Assembly: GCA_001244265.2 (NCBI GenBank)
Contig: LN717261.1
Span: 1,627,591 to 1,691,590 of the forward strand
Direction of reading: 5' to 3'
Source: Microbotryum violaceum
Lineage: Eukaryota
DNA length: 64,000 bases
The translations under genes were made by a program, and so were the position numbers. A model generated the notes under the pieces. That model was not told the DNA's origin, made no database searches, and worked only from the letters and a program-made list of their open reading frames with translations. Below, one piece after another: positions 51,249 to 64,000 of this stretch. Positions within the stretch are counted from its first letter, which is position 1. Every line of letters begins with the position of its first letter.

Positions 51249-53335
51249 TCAGTAGCCTGACGAGATTAGACCTTCAATCTCACTCAAGAAGAGAGGCGAG
51301 TAGCGAGTCTGATGCATGAGACCTGCGCCAAACGATAGCGTGGAGAATCAGCTATCGCGTTCACGTGTTATTTTCCTAACACGAGGGACGAGGTACTCAC
51401 TGCACAATGACCCAACATGGGTCAAGTCTCTATACAGCTTGAGGTGGACTTCGGGCACGCCGGCACCTTCGAGCAGAGACCTCAACAGTATTGACTGGGT
51501 ATAATGCACCGCGGTGTCCTTGCCTCCCGCGATGATGAGGAATCGGGGTGGTAGACGAGCAGGGTCGACGATCTCCTTCGCGCCGTAGATCAGGTGAGAG
51601 GGACTTTTAGTGCGGGGAAGGGAAGCAGGAGCTTTAGTCAGCGTACCAAGGGTCCGACCCCAAGTGGCGTGCTCCACACCTCAACGTACCAAGAGAGTAA
51701 AGAAGTGCTTGTCGACGGTCCACACACCCTCCTCAACGCCGAGATATCCTCAACACCTTGCTTGGCCTCGAACCTCAACTGCTTGATCACGTCAAACACC
51801 CCCGCGACGAGGATCATGCCTGCGATGGGAGGCAACCGCGCATGTTCTCCCCAGATAGAACACCTTCGGATCCCGGCCGAAATTTGGATCGGGCCCGAAC
51901 CGTCTGGGGTGGAGAGCTTGCCCGGGGAAGCAGGCGTGCGATGGAGGGCGGTGTACTTGTCGCGGGAGCGTACGACGGCGTCTTGCACGACGGTGAGCGA
52001 TGCGAGGTGAGCGCCTGACCCGTAGCCCTTAGAGAGGCAGGATTTGGGTGACGGGTCAGCTCACGTTATAGCAAGGGGGATGTTGCGAGGGTGGACTGAC
52101 CAGGATGTACAAGGCATCACTATCCCCGCCAAAGCCCTTGATGAAGTCTCCAACCCATTCCAATGCGAGCCGCAGATCCGTGACCTGTCAAAAGAAAGGA
52201 CGTCAATAAGATACTCTTGACCAGGCTCGGCCTTCAGAGGAAATGCCCCTGCGTGCGGCGTGAACTGACCATCTCGGGTGTTTTGGCTGGAGACTGCCTC
52301 AAGTCAGGAACGACTACGCAGTACCCCAACCGCCTCAGCCTGAGCGCGATCTGAGCCCCGAGAGTCTTGTTCCACAGCGTCCAGTTGGCGCCGCCGACGA
52401 GCACGATGACAGGAGCCTCGACATTGCTGGTAACAGGGTCGTAGCCCTCTGGTCGGTAGATGTCGAGCTTGTTCGCGGTGAACCCCTCGGCGTAGGGAAT
52501 GTTCCGCTGGACGTATACACTGCCGTCTTTTCCCGAGAACACAGCGAAGCGCTTGATCTGGAGGTCGAACCAGAGCGCGATGTAACCCGACCCGATCAAG
52601 TCCCGCAGGAACTGGAACGAGGCCGATGTGATTTTGAGACACTTGTAGGGCGAGTAGGGGAGGTACGGCAATGGCACCGATGGGGGTGGGTCATCCTGTG
52701 CAAATATGAGATAGAGGATCCAAGGCAGGGCATAGACTATATGTGGTGCAGATTTTCGTCAGCTCGGAACCCGGGTGGGGGGTTTGGTGACGTGACATGA
52801 TTGCGCTCGACGACGCAGCCTGGAGCTGTCTCGGAGTTGGAACTGACGCGAGAAGACGGCAATCGAGAGCACGGAGGGCAGTGCGATGAAACCGAGGATG
52901 GGGACCTGTAGGTGCCATAGTATGGCACGGATCAGATCAATGGGTTCAGTATCACTGCTGGGAGAGTGAGAAGCCAGGCTGAATGGACTCAGGGGCCAGA
53001 CTGAGACCGAGCTGAGCCTGGCGTGGCCGACGCCGACGGGGAGGGGTGACATGGTGACACGTGAAATGGGCGTGCGCCTCACGGCCTGTGACGGCTGAAC
53101 GAAAGCTGCCAGCCTGCGCATTGAATAGGTCTCGCGAGTCCAAGCATCTTGCATCGTATGACTCGTCCGTCAACGAAAAACTGCAGGCACTCACGAATGA
53201 GAAGACAGCGAGGAATGGCAGGGCCAAGATGGCGGCGACGAGGGTCGGGATCAGCACCACCAGCAGCGGCGTCGCGAGCCACGATCGAGCGCGTGTGTAA
53301 GGCGCTCGGGTGCCGACCGCAGCAGCAGACGCCAT
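51249..53335 (-). CDS. Alpha/beta-hydrolase with N-terminal membrane anchor, isoprenylcysteine methylesterase (ICME)-like
   Basis: NIPY..NKLDIYRP..PVIVLVGGANW, VVVPDLR, DLRLALEWV..FGGD..LYIL|GYGSGAHL, GVFD, IIAGGKDTAV, LTH; multi-exon. Confidence 0.75.
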
Positions 53336-53849
53336 CACACTACCAGCGAAGACGTGACCACGCAAGGCAGTCGTCGCACGATGGCGAGGAGGACGTTTGA
53401 GAGAGGCACTGTAGGTTGCTGTCCGGAGCGGACGACGCATGAGCGTGGATTTCGAGCCTGTGGGCCTTTCGATCTTTTTTTATTTCTAATTTGATAGACT
53501 TCATTAACAGCATAATCATATTAATACCTAGGAATCTTCGGAAAATTCGGAGGGAATGCTGTTACGCACACTGGCAGGAGCCAGTAGTGTAGGACTCATT
53601 GACCCTGAACCAGGATCAATCGGGGCCAGTCTCGAGAAAGCCGGGTTAGGTGGTAGCTCAATTGCGCATTAGGCGCAGCTCCGTCGGCGCTCACTTCCAA
53701 TTAACCCAAGTCCTGACAGGTCCCCACCCTCCCGTGGGCCAATTGCTCATGTGAACGCGCGCTGCTGCCGGCCTGGACCCCACGTGCTAGGATTCAACTG
53801 ATTACCCCGCCCCACATCTGTGCCACCCTTGGATCGCGAGTAGACGGCA

Positions 53850-55221
53850 TCATCATCCCCATTACGCTCATATCACAGCTTGTTTCGTATGCTTATGGTC
53901 GAGCCTCGACTTCCTTGGGCATGCCATCGCATTTTGTCGTGAGCTGCCCACCTTGGTTCAAATCTTTCGCTCGACGACGTTTTGACCCTTGCTCTTTCGT
54001 TTGTATCTCGTGCGTAAGCCGTTGTTAATCTTCAATAATGTACGCTCATCGAAGAGACCCGTTCATTAGAGCTTTAGCGCTCATGGCTGACTCATACGTT
54101 CGACTCCATCTCCTCCGAGTCCTGAGTCAGGTTACATCTCCCCCTTTGCTCCTTCTGCACGCCTTGTTGCAAACACGCGCCCTCGACTCACTCGTCCGTC
54201 CGGGAGAGCCGCTGTTCCTGGTCCTTTCGAGAGGTCGAGTCTACATCCTCATCAATGCCCTGGTTGGAAATCTGACTCGCTTCACCTTCGGTTTTTGTGA
54301 GTTCACGGCTGGACTTATGAATTCCCGAAAAGGGGTCAACTGAAGCCAAGCTCCCCAATCGACCCTCCGCCCCAGATCTGCTGAGGGGTGATCCGAAAGT
54401 CGAAGGTCAAATCAGGCTACCCAGCGATCATCACCCCGGCGCCTTCCTCATAACACGTTCCACGGGCGATGAAGAACGAGCCCCACCACCAGTTTGGACG
54501 CGTGTCACCCATCGTCTCGGCAAATCACTGCGCAAGGCCTCGACCGCATTGACCGGTTTCTTGAATCCACCTTTGCTGGGCGGTGTGGCGGCGTGCTTCT
54601 TCGGCCTAATTTCTTGGTTTCACCATCACTTATTCGACAAAGGTGGCTTGCTGACACCGCTATCCGACACGATCAATAACGTCGGCAATCTCTACACTGT
54701 TCTCCAAATGTTCATTCGTACGTGCACTACTGGGTCCCGACGAACACTCGGCCGCCCCGCTGACCCGGATCCATGTCGTCGCAGTGGGTGGCCATCTCTA
54801 CAGCAAGCAGGGATCCAAAACGTCCTACTTGGCGCTCGTGTGGTTGTTCTCTTTCCGTTTCTTAGTCATGCCCGGCATCTCTATTTCGACCATCTATCTC
54901 AGCCGGGTCCACCTGCCCACTCTCCTCGTTCGTTGCACCTCAGATCAGCGCCAGCGAGTTTCCTCCGCTAACTTGTTCTTCACTCCCTGCAACGCCCGTC
55001 ATCCAAAACAGCGCAATGACCCCGTCCTCGGCTTTGTGCTCATGCTCTCAAATGTGGGGCAGCCGGCGCTCATCCTATCTGCCATTGCCGAGATGGCCGA
55101 TCTGGGTCCTCGTATCGAAGGCCAGATCGCAAGGACTCTGACGGCGAGCTACGTCGTCACGCCGCTGATTGCGTTGACCGTTACGGCTGCCTTGGAAGTC
55201 GTGGAAAGCTCGTATCGATAG
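53850..55221 (+). CDS. Auxin-efflux-carrier / PILS-like membrane transporter; 5' end not found, possibly truncated
   Basis: IFNN|VTSPPLLL, RVYILINALVGNLTRFTFG, FLNPPLLGG, RFLVMPGISI, DPVLGFVLML..PA. Confidence 0.65.
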
Positions 55222-55562
55222 GCCCCCGAGGGCAACCGGAGGACTCGCGTCGCCAATATCAATTCTGGTGTATACCTTTACTATGACTCTTTTTGATTAT
55301 CAAATACCCTCGTGAAAGTTTCTCTCGTGTCAGTTGTTAAGAAGAGCCCCCTGAGCTAGCTGTTTACAACAGGATTGAGACGAAGTCGAATCAGGAATGG
55401 GACGTAATCGAAAACTGCGAAACGTTGCCGAAAAAGAGAAGCACAGCATGTCACAACAGATACAAGTGTTATACAAAAATATCTGCGTCGACCCAGCAAG
55501 CATATCAGGGAATGAAAGAAGGTGAACGGAAACGCGCCCTTGACCACGTGGCCCCTCGACAT

Positions 55563-57080
55563 TTATGTGTGCGCATCGTCCTCCTCCCTTCTGTGCACTT
55601 CCTTCATCTCGATCCCCTCCGTGCTCTCGCCGTGCACATCCTCTTTCGAACTCGATCCATCCGTCTTTTGAGGGTGGTCAAACTCTTCGAGCTTGGCCGA
55701 ACTCAAGCTCGCAATCGTCGAGCGCAACGAGTCACGGTCCTCCGACGGTCCGGTGGGGACCACCCCTGTCGAATGCGGCAAGTGCGAGGCAGCGGACCTC
55801 GCTGATTTCGACGACGACAAGCGAGCGATCGGAGGTGTAATGAGCGGCGAAGGAGGATAGTTCATCGATGGTGAATCGATGCCGTCGCTAAACGAGTCAT
55901 TGTCTTCGTTCGCGGAATCGGGTGATCGCACTTCTCTGGCTGCGTCCGACGTTGCAGGTAGCGAGCGATCTTCGTCAGCCGTTGCACCACCATCCGTGCC
56001 CGCGCGATGTCTTGTTGCCATCTCGTACTCTTGCACGGTCGGCATCTCGACAACGTCGCTCGACATGTCCGTTTGGCCCTCTGGTGCATTGACCGATGCC
56101 TCGACCCCGCATTCGGCTGTTGTCGCATCAGCGGCAGCGGCCCCGCTTGAATGGCTCTGCTCGACGAGGGTCGCATACTGAGGCAGCTCTCGATCAACGT
56201 GGTACCCCGGCAAGCCCTCGCCGACCAAGTCAGCCTCGCCTTCGAGCCGATCATCCTCGTCTCTTTCGCCGACTCGAGCACCCGAGGCCGAGATGCCTTG
56301 TCCCGCCGTTCGACGATCGCGCCGCCGCTGGCGTCGACTCGAGGGCCCATATCCATAGGTTGCATAATGATATGTCGGAGGAGGTTCCAAGGGGTCTCGA
56401 AGCGGGGGCCCGTTGATACGGAGAAAGGCGCTTTCCAAACCGGTCCGGGGGATGAAGAAAGACTGGTCATTAGATGCAAATGACGCCGCAGCGCTCGTGT
56501 CAGTGGTCACAGCTGCAATGGAGGCAACCCTGACTGAACACCAAGTGGTCCGAGAGAAATGACGCGGACTGACCCGCACTGTGATGTGGGCGTATCTTCT
56601 GACGCAGAACCACCTGGCAAAAAGAAGCGAGAAAACAATTCCGCCGGCGGTGACAACAGCGATCCACTTTAGCCATGACGAGGTGAGCCCTGCGCCGAAC
56701 AAGCCCGAGATGGGAGTCGGATTATTCGGATTGGAGCTCGGCGTCGAATTCGGGGCGGGCGAGATCGAGGTCGAGTTGGCACCCAATGCGATGGGAAATG
56801 AGGTGGACGATCGATCGATCGTAAAGTCCGTATCATTCTTAGGCACGGATACGCTGTTGCGTCGGTAGAGCGGGGGGATAGGGGCCCCGGTGACGATGGG
56901 CGCGAGGCCCTCAGCGAGCGAGGGGCAGGTGCGCATCGGCAATGGCGACGCCGAGACGTTGAGTGGGGACAGCGAGGTGCGTTGCAATGAGCATAGTGTA
57001 AAGGCCCAAGCCAAGATGGTGATACAGTGTCGAAGATCTAGACGGTGGCGAACTCCAGGTGGACGCCGAGGTCGGGCCAT
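55563..57080 (-). CDS. Hypothetical type-I membrane protein with cytoplasmic PY motifs
   Basis: N-terminal hydrophobic segment, TM helix WIAVVTAGGIVFSLLF, PPPTY / LPGY / LPQY motifs; probable intron ~56466-56577. Confidence 0.65.
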   Translation of the reverse strand: MARPRRPPGVRHRLDLRHCITILAWAFTLCSLQRTSLSPLNVSASPLPMRTCPSLAEGLAPIVTGAPIPPLYRRNSVSVPKNDTDFTIDRSSTSFPIALGANSTSISPAPNSTPSSNPNNPTPISGLFGAGLTSSWLKWIAVVTAGGIVFSLLFARWFCVRRYAHITVRVSPRHFSRTTWCSVRVASIAAVTTDTSAAASFASNDQSFFIPRTGLESAFLRINGPPLRDPLEPPPTYHYATYGYGPSSRRQRRRDRRTAGQGISASGARVGERDEDDRLEGEADLVGEGLPGYHVDRELPQYATLVEQSHSSGAAAADATTAECGVEASVNAPEGQTDMSSDVVEMPTVQEYEMATRHRAGTDGGATADEDRSLPATSDAAREVRSPDSANEDNDSFSDGIDSPSMNYPPSPLITPPIARLSSSKSARSAASHLPHSTGVVPTGPSEDRDSLRSTIASLSSAKLEEFDHPQKTDGSSSKEDVHGESTEGIEMKEVHRREEDDAHT

Positions 57081-58149
57081 GGTCGAGGCTATCCAAACGT
57101 CGCCGGGTGGAGTGCAGTGGGCGCTGTCGGCCGCGCAGGACACTGTGGGCACTCGTTCGACGCGGATCGCAACGACGAGAGGCTCGCACCGAGGGGTATT
57201 GCACTCGCAGCCAGCGACCGTCGACGTCGAGCGATCGAGAAGTCGAGAAGTCGAGGATTGATCTGAAGCAGGAGGACGTCGACGGAGGATGGGGCTTTCG
57301 GGGTCGGCCTGTGCTGGAAGGTGGAGCGTCGGGTCGGCCGGAAGTCTTGCGGTGGAGCTATTCGGCGGCTCGTCAGACGTCAGACCCCAGAGTGCAACTA
57401 AAGCAAGTGCTGGCAGCCACCGATTCGGCTTGCTGGTGCATACACGCTCGTCGTTGGGGAGACTGGCTTGGCAAATGATCCTTGATGGAGCCAAGAGGAG
57501 AAGAGAGGAGGAGAAGAAAAAGCAGAAGAGAGGAGAAGAGAGGGGTCACAAAGAGGGCACAAGCGAGGCGACGGTCTCGGGTATCGGGGACAGAGTGCTG
57601 CTGCTTTAATAAGTGCTTAAGGTGCTCCAGGTTCCCCGACGGCGATCGGAGCTTTGAGCGCGGGCATCGAACGAAACCGTACTGGTCAGGTATCGCGACG
57701 CCTTGCTCGCCCCCGCGCGCCCAAATGCCGCCGACTCGCCCGCGCCGCGCATGGCCGTCGGGCGCAAGGGCGAGCGCCGTTGGCGCGCGAGGGCGAGTCG
57801 ACGGCGAGCCGCGCGAATCCCGCAGGGCGAGCGAGATCGTGAGCGCGCGGCTCGAGGGCGAGCGAGAAGTGCAGCTTTTCGACGGTTTAAGCGCAAAAGC
57901 TCACGATTTCGCTTCGCACGCTCTCCTTCTCGCTTGCCCTCACGCCTTTCCGCTTCTATGCGGCTGCACCGCCCTAGAGTGGGTGCGGGTCGAAGGCACG
58001 TGACTGGTCGGCCGAGTGGGCAGGGCTACTCAAGCCCCAGTTCACAAAAGGATTTTATTAGCCCGTTAGGAACCCATGCCAAAAGCATAACAGGGCAACT
58101 GTGCTAGTAGTAGAAGAACTCGATTGATGCTATTGATTCAATGATGTTT

Positions 58150-58210
58150 TATTATGTCAGTGTGTTTGCTACATTACTATTATGTCACAGTGTGTTTGCT
58201 ACATTACTAT
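58150..58210. repeat. 28-30-bp tandem duplication downstream of the Crypton ORF
   Basis: TATTATGTCA(CA)GTGTGTTTGCTACATTAC x2. Confidence 0.85.
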
Positions 58211-58354
58211 AGGGATATGTCTGCTACAGCAAGTCGCTAGCTACCAAAGCCCGTGCCCGTGTGTTTGTTAGTATTACAAAGCCGAGGCAGACGAAAGAAG
58301 AACTCAGGCGACTTAGGGCAGGGACGGAGCGCCTGAACCAACCGTGAGTGGAGC

Positions 58355-61300
58355 TCAGACGTCGGCCTCCGAGCTCTTGCGCTTCTTTGTATTGGGCCGT
58401 TTTGGGGCATCTGCATCGTTCGTTAACACCTTCGTCACGAACTGATTGATCGACATCTTTGCGTTTTGAAATTGAAGTTCTAGCTGTTGCTGAGCTTCGG
58501 AGCGAGCGACTGCGTTAACTTCAGGTCGACCAGCTCGCTGCGCGATTTCATGGGCCTTGTACTCACGCGCGCGGATGATTGTGATAAACTTCGCCCACAA
58601 CTTTGTTGAACCTCCCAATACGATGTCGGACTCCTACATGGGTGGAGATGGAGCCATAGGACAGCAATAAGCAGGGGGATCTGTTGGGGGTAGCATGACC
58701 CGACCGACCGAAGCATCAAGAGGAAACTGACCTTCCTCTAACTCTCCTTCACAACGGCCTCTTGTGATGAGCGTGTACTTCTTGGTGGCGATGGGGGAAC
58801 GAGATTGTTCTTGACCTTGTAGTAGTTTACTACGACTCGCATCTCTGTCTCGAATTGCGGGAACAGTTCGTCAATCATCGAAAGCGGTGGCAGCTTCTCG
58901 TTCCCGATCAAGCGCTCCGCTTCCCAATCGTCCACGATTTCTTGAATCGTCTTGTACGCCGCCATATCCTTGGGTCGATAAACGAGCCACAGTTTATTCG
59001 GATAAACGACGTTGTTCAATAACTTTCGCCAATCAAAAGAACCTGAGGGGGCCTTTGCAAGTTCCATGATCTCTGGGACACTGATCGCCCGGCCACTGAT
59101 GTGCCTGCGAAATGCGTCGGGCGGGGGGAGTCGATACTCTTGACTCACTGAGGGTGCTTCGACACCGTCTGCGCCCGCGAGTGTTGAAGGTATCGTGATC
59201 GAAGCGCCTGGGGTGGGCTGCACAACACCTGCCAAGGGACCCGACGTAGAAGCGGCTTCCGCGCTTGACGACGATCGGCCTGAGAATGGGCCCCCGGTCA
59301 GTGCTTTAAGCACCGCGTCGAGCTTCGTATCGATGGAGTCCGTGTGCATGTCCATGTGCATCTTGACATCGGCCTTGATTCCCTCCCGATCAGCACGACG
59401 TTCAACAGCTGCGTGATATTGAGTCTCTTGCAGTTGTGTAGCGACATCCCGGCGGAGCTTGGCCTCCTTTTGATCTGCGGCGTGCTTGAGCACTTGAGGA
59501 TCTTTTTTTACCAGACTGAGAGCTTCCTTAATTAAAGTCGGATATTCGTCGCAGATCCATGCGAGCGCCTCCGTGCCGCCCTCGTTCCTAAAGAGCGGGA
59601 GCTCCACGAACAGGGGGGACTCAGGTGCGTGGCGGTAAACCTCGGCGAGATGCTGCGCGTGCGGGATAGCGAAAGGATGCGTGATGTAGTGAGTTTTTGT
59701 CCACGCGAGGGGCTCAACCACTTCGAGACACGAACTGACCAGTAGAAGGAATGATCTGAGCTTGCGAAGTCCAAGAAGGTGCGCTGCTGTGTCTTTCGAC
59801 ATTGTGCGACCATCCGGTGCGACGTGCCTCTCGTGATCTAGCGCGGCGGCGAGGTTGGGCTCATCGAGCCACGGAAAAATAATACGCTGCAAATCTTCGG
59901 GAGGGCGAATGCTTAAACGAGGAACGATGTAAGGTTCCCCCTGGGCTGAACCCCGCAATAGCTAGTACGGCGTGGGAAATCATTTCACGCGGGCTCTTGA
60001 GTCAGCGCCACTTGGACTTGTGTCATCAAGAAGCTGAGCCACTGGAGGGGGAACTTACTTTGGCGGGAGTTTTGCACAGGTAAACCACGTCGCAGGTCTT
60101 GACGACCCAATGGCCGATTCGTTTGACGTCGGCGGCCGGGCAACTAAAGTTAAGGTCGGAAAGGCGCGGGAAAAGAATTTAGTCAAATTTAAAATTCGAG
60201 CGAGTGAATGAACCCGGAACGAACCCCAATTCTTGCTCCAGGATTCGTGTCTGAGCGGAACGGGCGTAGTGCATTACTTTCGACGAGAATAGTCGCCCAA
60301 CCCACTTGTAAACGACGAAGCCTGCACGAGCGACCGCGTGTGAAGGGGGCACGATGGTGTTGCTCTCGCCTGACGAACAGAGCCGAGTCTACGCGAGACC
60401 AAACGCCCACGAGACATCAGTACATGTTATGGGCGATGAGATCCTTTGACGCAACATGGATGGCTCCAACATAAGACTCACTTGGCGTAGCGTGGAATCG
60501 TCAAACCAGTCAATAGGCTGAACCCCCGCCTCCCTGCCAAGCTTGGTGTTCATCTCGGCGATCGCTCGAGTGAAGAACGTCGGCTTGACGTGCGAGTTCC
60601 TTCGCTGGTCGTATTCGTCATATTGCCAGTGTATGTAGATGGCCAAAGCACCAATAGTACACTGTCCAGCATATTTATGAGGTGATATGCCATTCACATC
60701 CTTGCCTCCCTGTGACAAAAAAGATTCCAATTATAATTAATCGGAAATTCGGGAAAGATCAATGACCCAACCCAGCTCGATGGACTAACCTCCTTCCTGT
60801 CTGTCCCACTCAACACCTTGCCTGCCGTCGCAATTACCATGATGCCCCATTGCTCACGAGCAGTCGGAGCCGCAGTTGGGTTGAGATCGTCGTAGACGGT
60901 CTCCGTGAACAGCGGTGGCATGCTCAAACTCCACAGAATAACGTGACATAGTCGAATATTGACCACCGTGTTCCCTCGTGCCAGAGTTCCGAAACACAAA
61001 AGAACGATAGCGTATTGCCTCAGCCAAGATCCGATTGTCATAGAAATAAAGCGCGGCACCTCGTCAGTGGTGAATGACTCGCTCCGGCGCGGCGCAACTG
61101 AAAGCGATCATCGGAGCAAGTCGACTCACAGCACCACCTGTTGGGTTGAGTTTCGTCCACCTCAACCGCTCTTTCTCCGACCTTTTCTCCACCTGTTCCC
61201 TTTCCTCTAACCATTGCCTTTTCGTACATCACCTTCCGCCTCAAAAACTTGTAGGTGGCTTTGTTATGGTCCCAAGCATGGTGGGAACCTTCGTCCAATC

Positions 61301-63018
61301 CAGTGTTCGCAAGGACGCCGTAACTCGGATTACTAAGAGAGGAAGGCATGCGAAGTCAGCAGCTGGAACGTGCAGATTATCCAAGAGAGGTGAAGCACGG
61401 CGCGACTAACTCGTGTCCTGCCTGCGCAGCCCCCCTGTAAAGGCCGCTGACATATTTTTGTACGCGGGCGAGCGTCATGCCGCGATCGTTGGACTTGCCA
61501 CGCGCGGCCTCTTGACAAAGCTTGAATCGGTTGGCCATCGTCCATTGGCCCTTGAGCGTGTTCTGTTCAGGGGCGTTGTTGATCTTGGTCAGCATCTCTC
61601 GGTGTTTGAGACCATGTGTGCAATTAACGGAAACTAACAGCGGATAAGAGTGTGCCTTTGCCTTTGACCTTCAACAGGGCGACCCATTGCATGTACTCAA
61701 ACAAGCGGCCCAGATCGATCGTGTCGGCCCGATCAGGATCGTCCAACGGTTGAGTTGCCATCCAAAACTGAAGTGAGGTAGCAAGGCGTGGGGCTGGTTC
61801 AGTAATAAGGGGTTCCTTTGCTGCTTGCTGCAAATTCGGTGGGGATCGAGCTAGTCACACTCACACAAAACCTTTCGTACGCGGTAGTCTCTGTTCCCCG
61901 GGCGGCTTTGCTCCTCGAGTTGAAAGTGTCGCGCTCGGCTTTGATTCTCACATTGCGCATCCCGTCATGGTCGACAGCTGAATGTCGCGGCGCAAACAAC
62001 CCAAAGAGGACCGAGCCATGTTTTAGCATAGCAGGCACGTGCGCAGAGACACGTTCATACGAGGAAACGCGGTACTCACAGCCCGGTATCGGTTCAAAGA
62101 GGGTGTCATGAAGACCACGGGCGATCTCGAGCAATCGCAATCGCTCTTCGTCCGAGACAGGCGTCCCGTCCGGACCTGGCTCGTTGATGTTCTCGAGGTC
62201 CGGGTCGTCGGCGTTCTCATCGAAGTCGGGATCAACATTGAGCTCGGCGCTAAGCTCGTTCGGCTCCGCTCCTCCTCCTTCTGTGACAGAGGATCCTGGA
62301 GATCCTTGCGTAATACATTTTTGCTGTCGAGCAGTACGAGGGTGGAGCAATTTGAGAGTGTCAGTGCTTGAGCTGGGGCTTAAACTCTGACGCGACGCGA
62401 CGAATGCGATCAGTACCTGCTCGACTGATCCGATTGACCTTGTTCGGCCGCTCCTTTCGCGCTCGCGCCGAGGTGGACCCATCCTTCTTCTTCACCTCGC
62501 ACATCCTCCAGATACAGTCGATCATTGATTTACGGGTATCTGCACACCACTTCTCCTGTTCCCAGACCAACTTCTTGTCCGTTGGCAGCCTCCGCGACGC
62601 CGCCTCGACGTCCAAATTCGTCGCCAGGTGCCGAACGTCCGCATTCGACAGTTTGGAGATAGTTCTGCGCTTGCCTCCGTGGTCCTTCATACGCTGCACC
62701 CACGCAAGCGCATCTCCTCTTGTCGTTCCCATCATCGATAACCGGTGGGGATCCTTCTCCAAGAACGTCTCGGCGGCGGCCCTTTGTTGCGCAAAGGATG
62801 CGCCCTGATGAACGTGGCTGGACCGCAACTCGCCCCGATGGCTCAAGGATGGGAGCCTGCTGGAGTCGCAAAAGAGACCACGCAGAGTGGGATCGAGATT
62901 GGCTTCGGCTCCTCGATACACCCGTCCGCCAGCAGAATTGGCGGCGAGGCTTCCGACAGCGCCAAAGACTTCCTCGTCGTCGCCTATGGCGGCGCTTCCC
63001 CTTGGGCGTATCAGCCAT
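58355..63018 (-). mobile_element. Crypton (CryptonF-type) tyrosine recombinase gene with NDC10-II-like and GCR1_C-like domains, intron-containing
   Basis: TLARGNT, GKV, CTIGALAIYIHW, KVMHYARS..IGHWVVKTCDVVYL, YIVPRLSIRPPEDLQRIIFPWL, C-terminal KTIQEIVDDW..LPPLSMIDELF. A frameshift lies in a G-run near 63000. Confidence 0.8.
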
Positions 63019-64000
63019 CGTAATCGCTGAGATGCGTGCTTGGTGCTTGCTTTGCTGGGTAGACGGGGCGACGGCGAATGCTAAGGGTTCGAATCGAAGG
63101 TGGTTGAAGTTGAGGAAAGTCCACGGATAGAGAAGAAGACCACGAGAGGCGCGTGGGTGGGGTGCCGGCGAAGCTCCGTGCATGCGCCTACTCTGTCTGT
63201 GCCATTCTGCCCTGAGGCGACTCGCGCGGAGCGAAAAACATCGAAATTCATAGGTATGACCTCGTGCGCACAGCCGAGCTGGAACAAGTTGGTGCGACGG
63301 AGTAGGCAGCGAGATGGCGGTGGTGACGACGACGCGACGTTCTTCAAAGTGGGACTTGTGTGCTACATGCAGACTTCGGTGACCTGGTGATCAACGAACG
63401 TGTGTCGCGCGCAAGTCCGAGTGAGAGGTCCAACTCGAGCGAGCGGCGAGTGATTGGTCAAAGGAGAAGAGCGGACCGACGACAAGGTGCCTATTTATAG
63501 TCCCCGCAGTCGAATTTCCGCAGACAGATGAACTACCCCTAAGCTTCACGATCACACTCCCAAGCGAAGTCTCTCTCTTATCAACAGGTGGCATCGAGAG
63601 AAAAAAATGCATTGACGAGGTTGGAGCAAGGTTGCTGCATCGATTTCATCGAAGTGTCCGTGCCTCCGACAAGGCCGACGGCAGGAAGAGCACTTTGAAG
63701 ACTGGAGCAATTTTCATGCGACGTCATTGCAAGTGACCCTAGATCACATGAACACTCCATCAGATTGTCGAAACTTGGCAAGGGACTATGGTGTGCAGTC
63801 CCAGCTCTGTGTAATCCCTCAGAATCGGTACACCTTGCTCGCTCAAGATGGCATCGAGCCCGATGACTCTCGGTCGCTCCGCAGTCCCCGCGTGGAAAGG
63901 CTCGAGCACTCTAACCTGGCCAAGGTAGCCTAGTTTACGCGTCTGACTCTCGTCCATCCAGGTAACGAGGAGCAAGGTGAACTTCTCGTCTCGTCCGACG

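Noticed and set aside
57081-57494. N-terminal extension of the 643-aa ORF
   Set aside because: Non-ATG or low-complexity upstream sequence; the ATG at 57080 precedes the hydrophobic leader.
63400-64000. Short ORFs at the right edge
   Set aside because: No recognisable domain and truncated by the window.

Overview
Intron-rich, GC-rich fungal DNA, most likely a Microbotryomycetes basidiomycete (Microbotryum/red-yeast-like; inferred from gene order, GT..CTGAC..YAG introns and TCG-biased mutation of repeats). Left arm (1-9.1 kb): end of a PP2A-family phosphatase, LSM7, KAP95 and a PH-CRIB PAK kinase (STE20), a gene block known from the pheromone/receptor mating-type region of this class. No pheromone or receptor gene was found in the window. 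About 9.7-42.1 kb is a nested transposon pile that can be largely reconstructed. A Copia sits in the LTR of a chromovirus Gypsy, which sits in an older chromovirus Gypsy; both insertions have exact 5-bp TSDs. The pile also holds a 466-bp non-coding mini-LTR element with a self-complementary primer site, two L1/Tx1-like LINEs plus stacked poly(A)-ended 3' fragments, and a second Copia remnant. Right arm: RasGEF, two PY-motif membrane proteins, an NDUFAF6-like gene, an ICME-like hydrolase, an auxin-efflux-carrier-family transporter and an intron-containing Crypton-type tyrosine recombinase. Most unusual signal: three LTRs, from Copia and Gypsy elements, each carry an intron-like segment whose branch-point/acceptor end is duplicated immediately upstream of the donor. 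This suggests a mechanism that regenerates the intron during reverse transcription.
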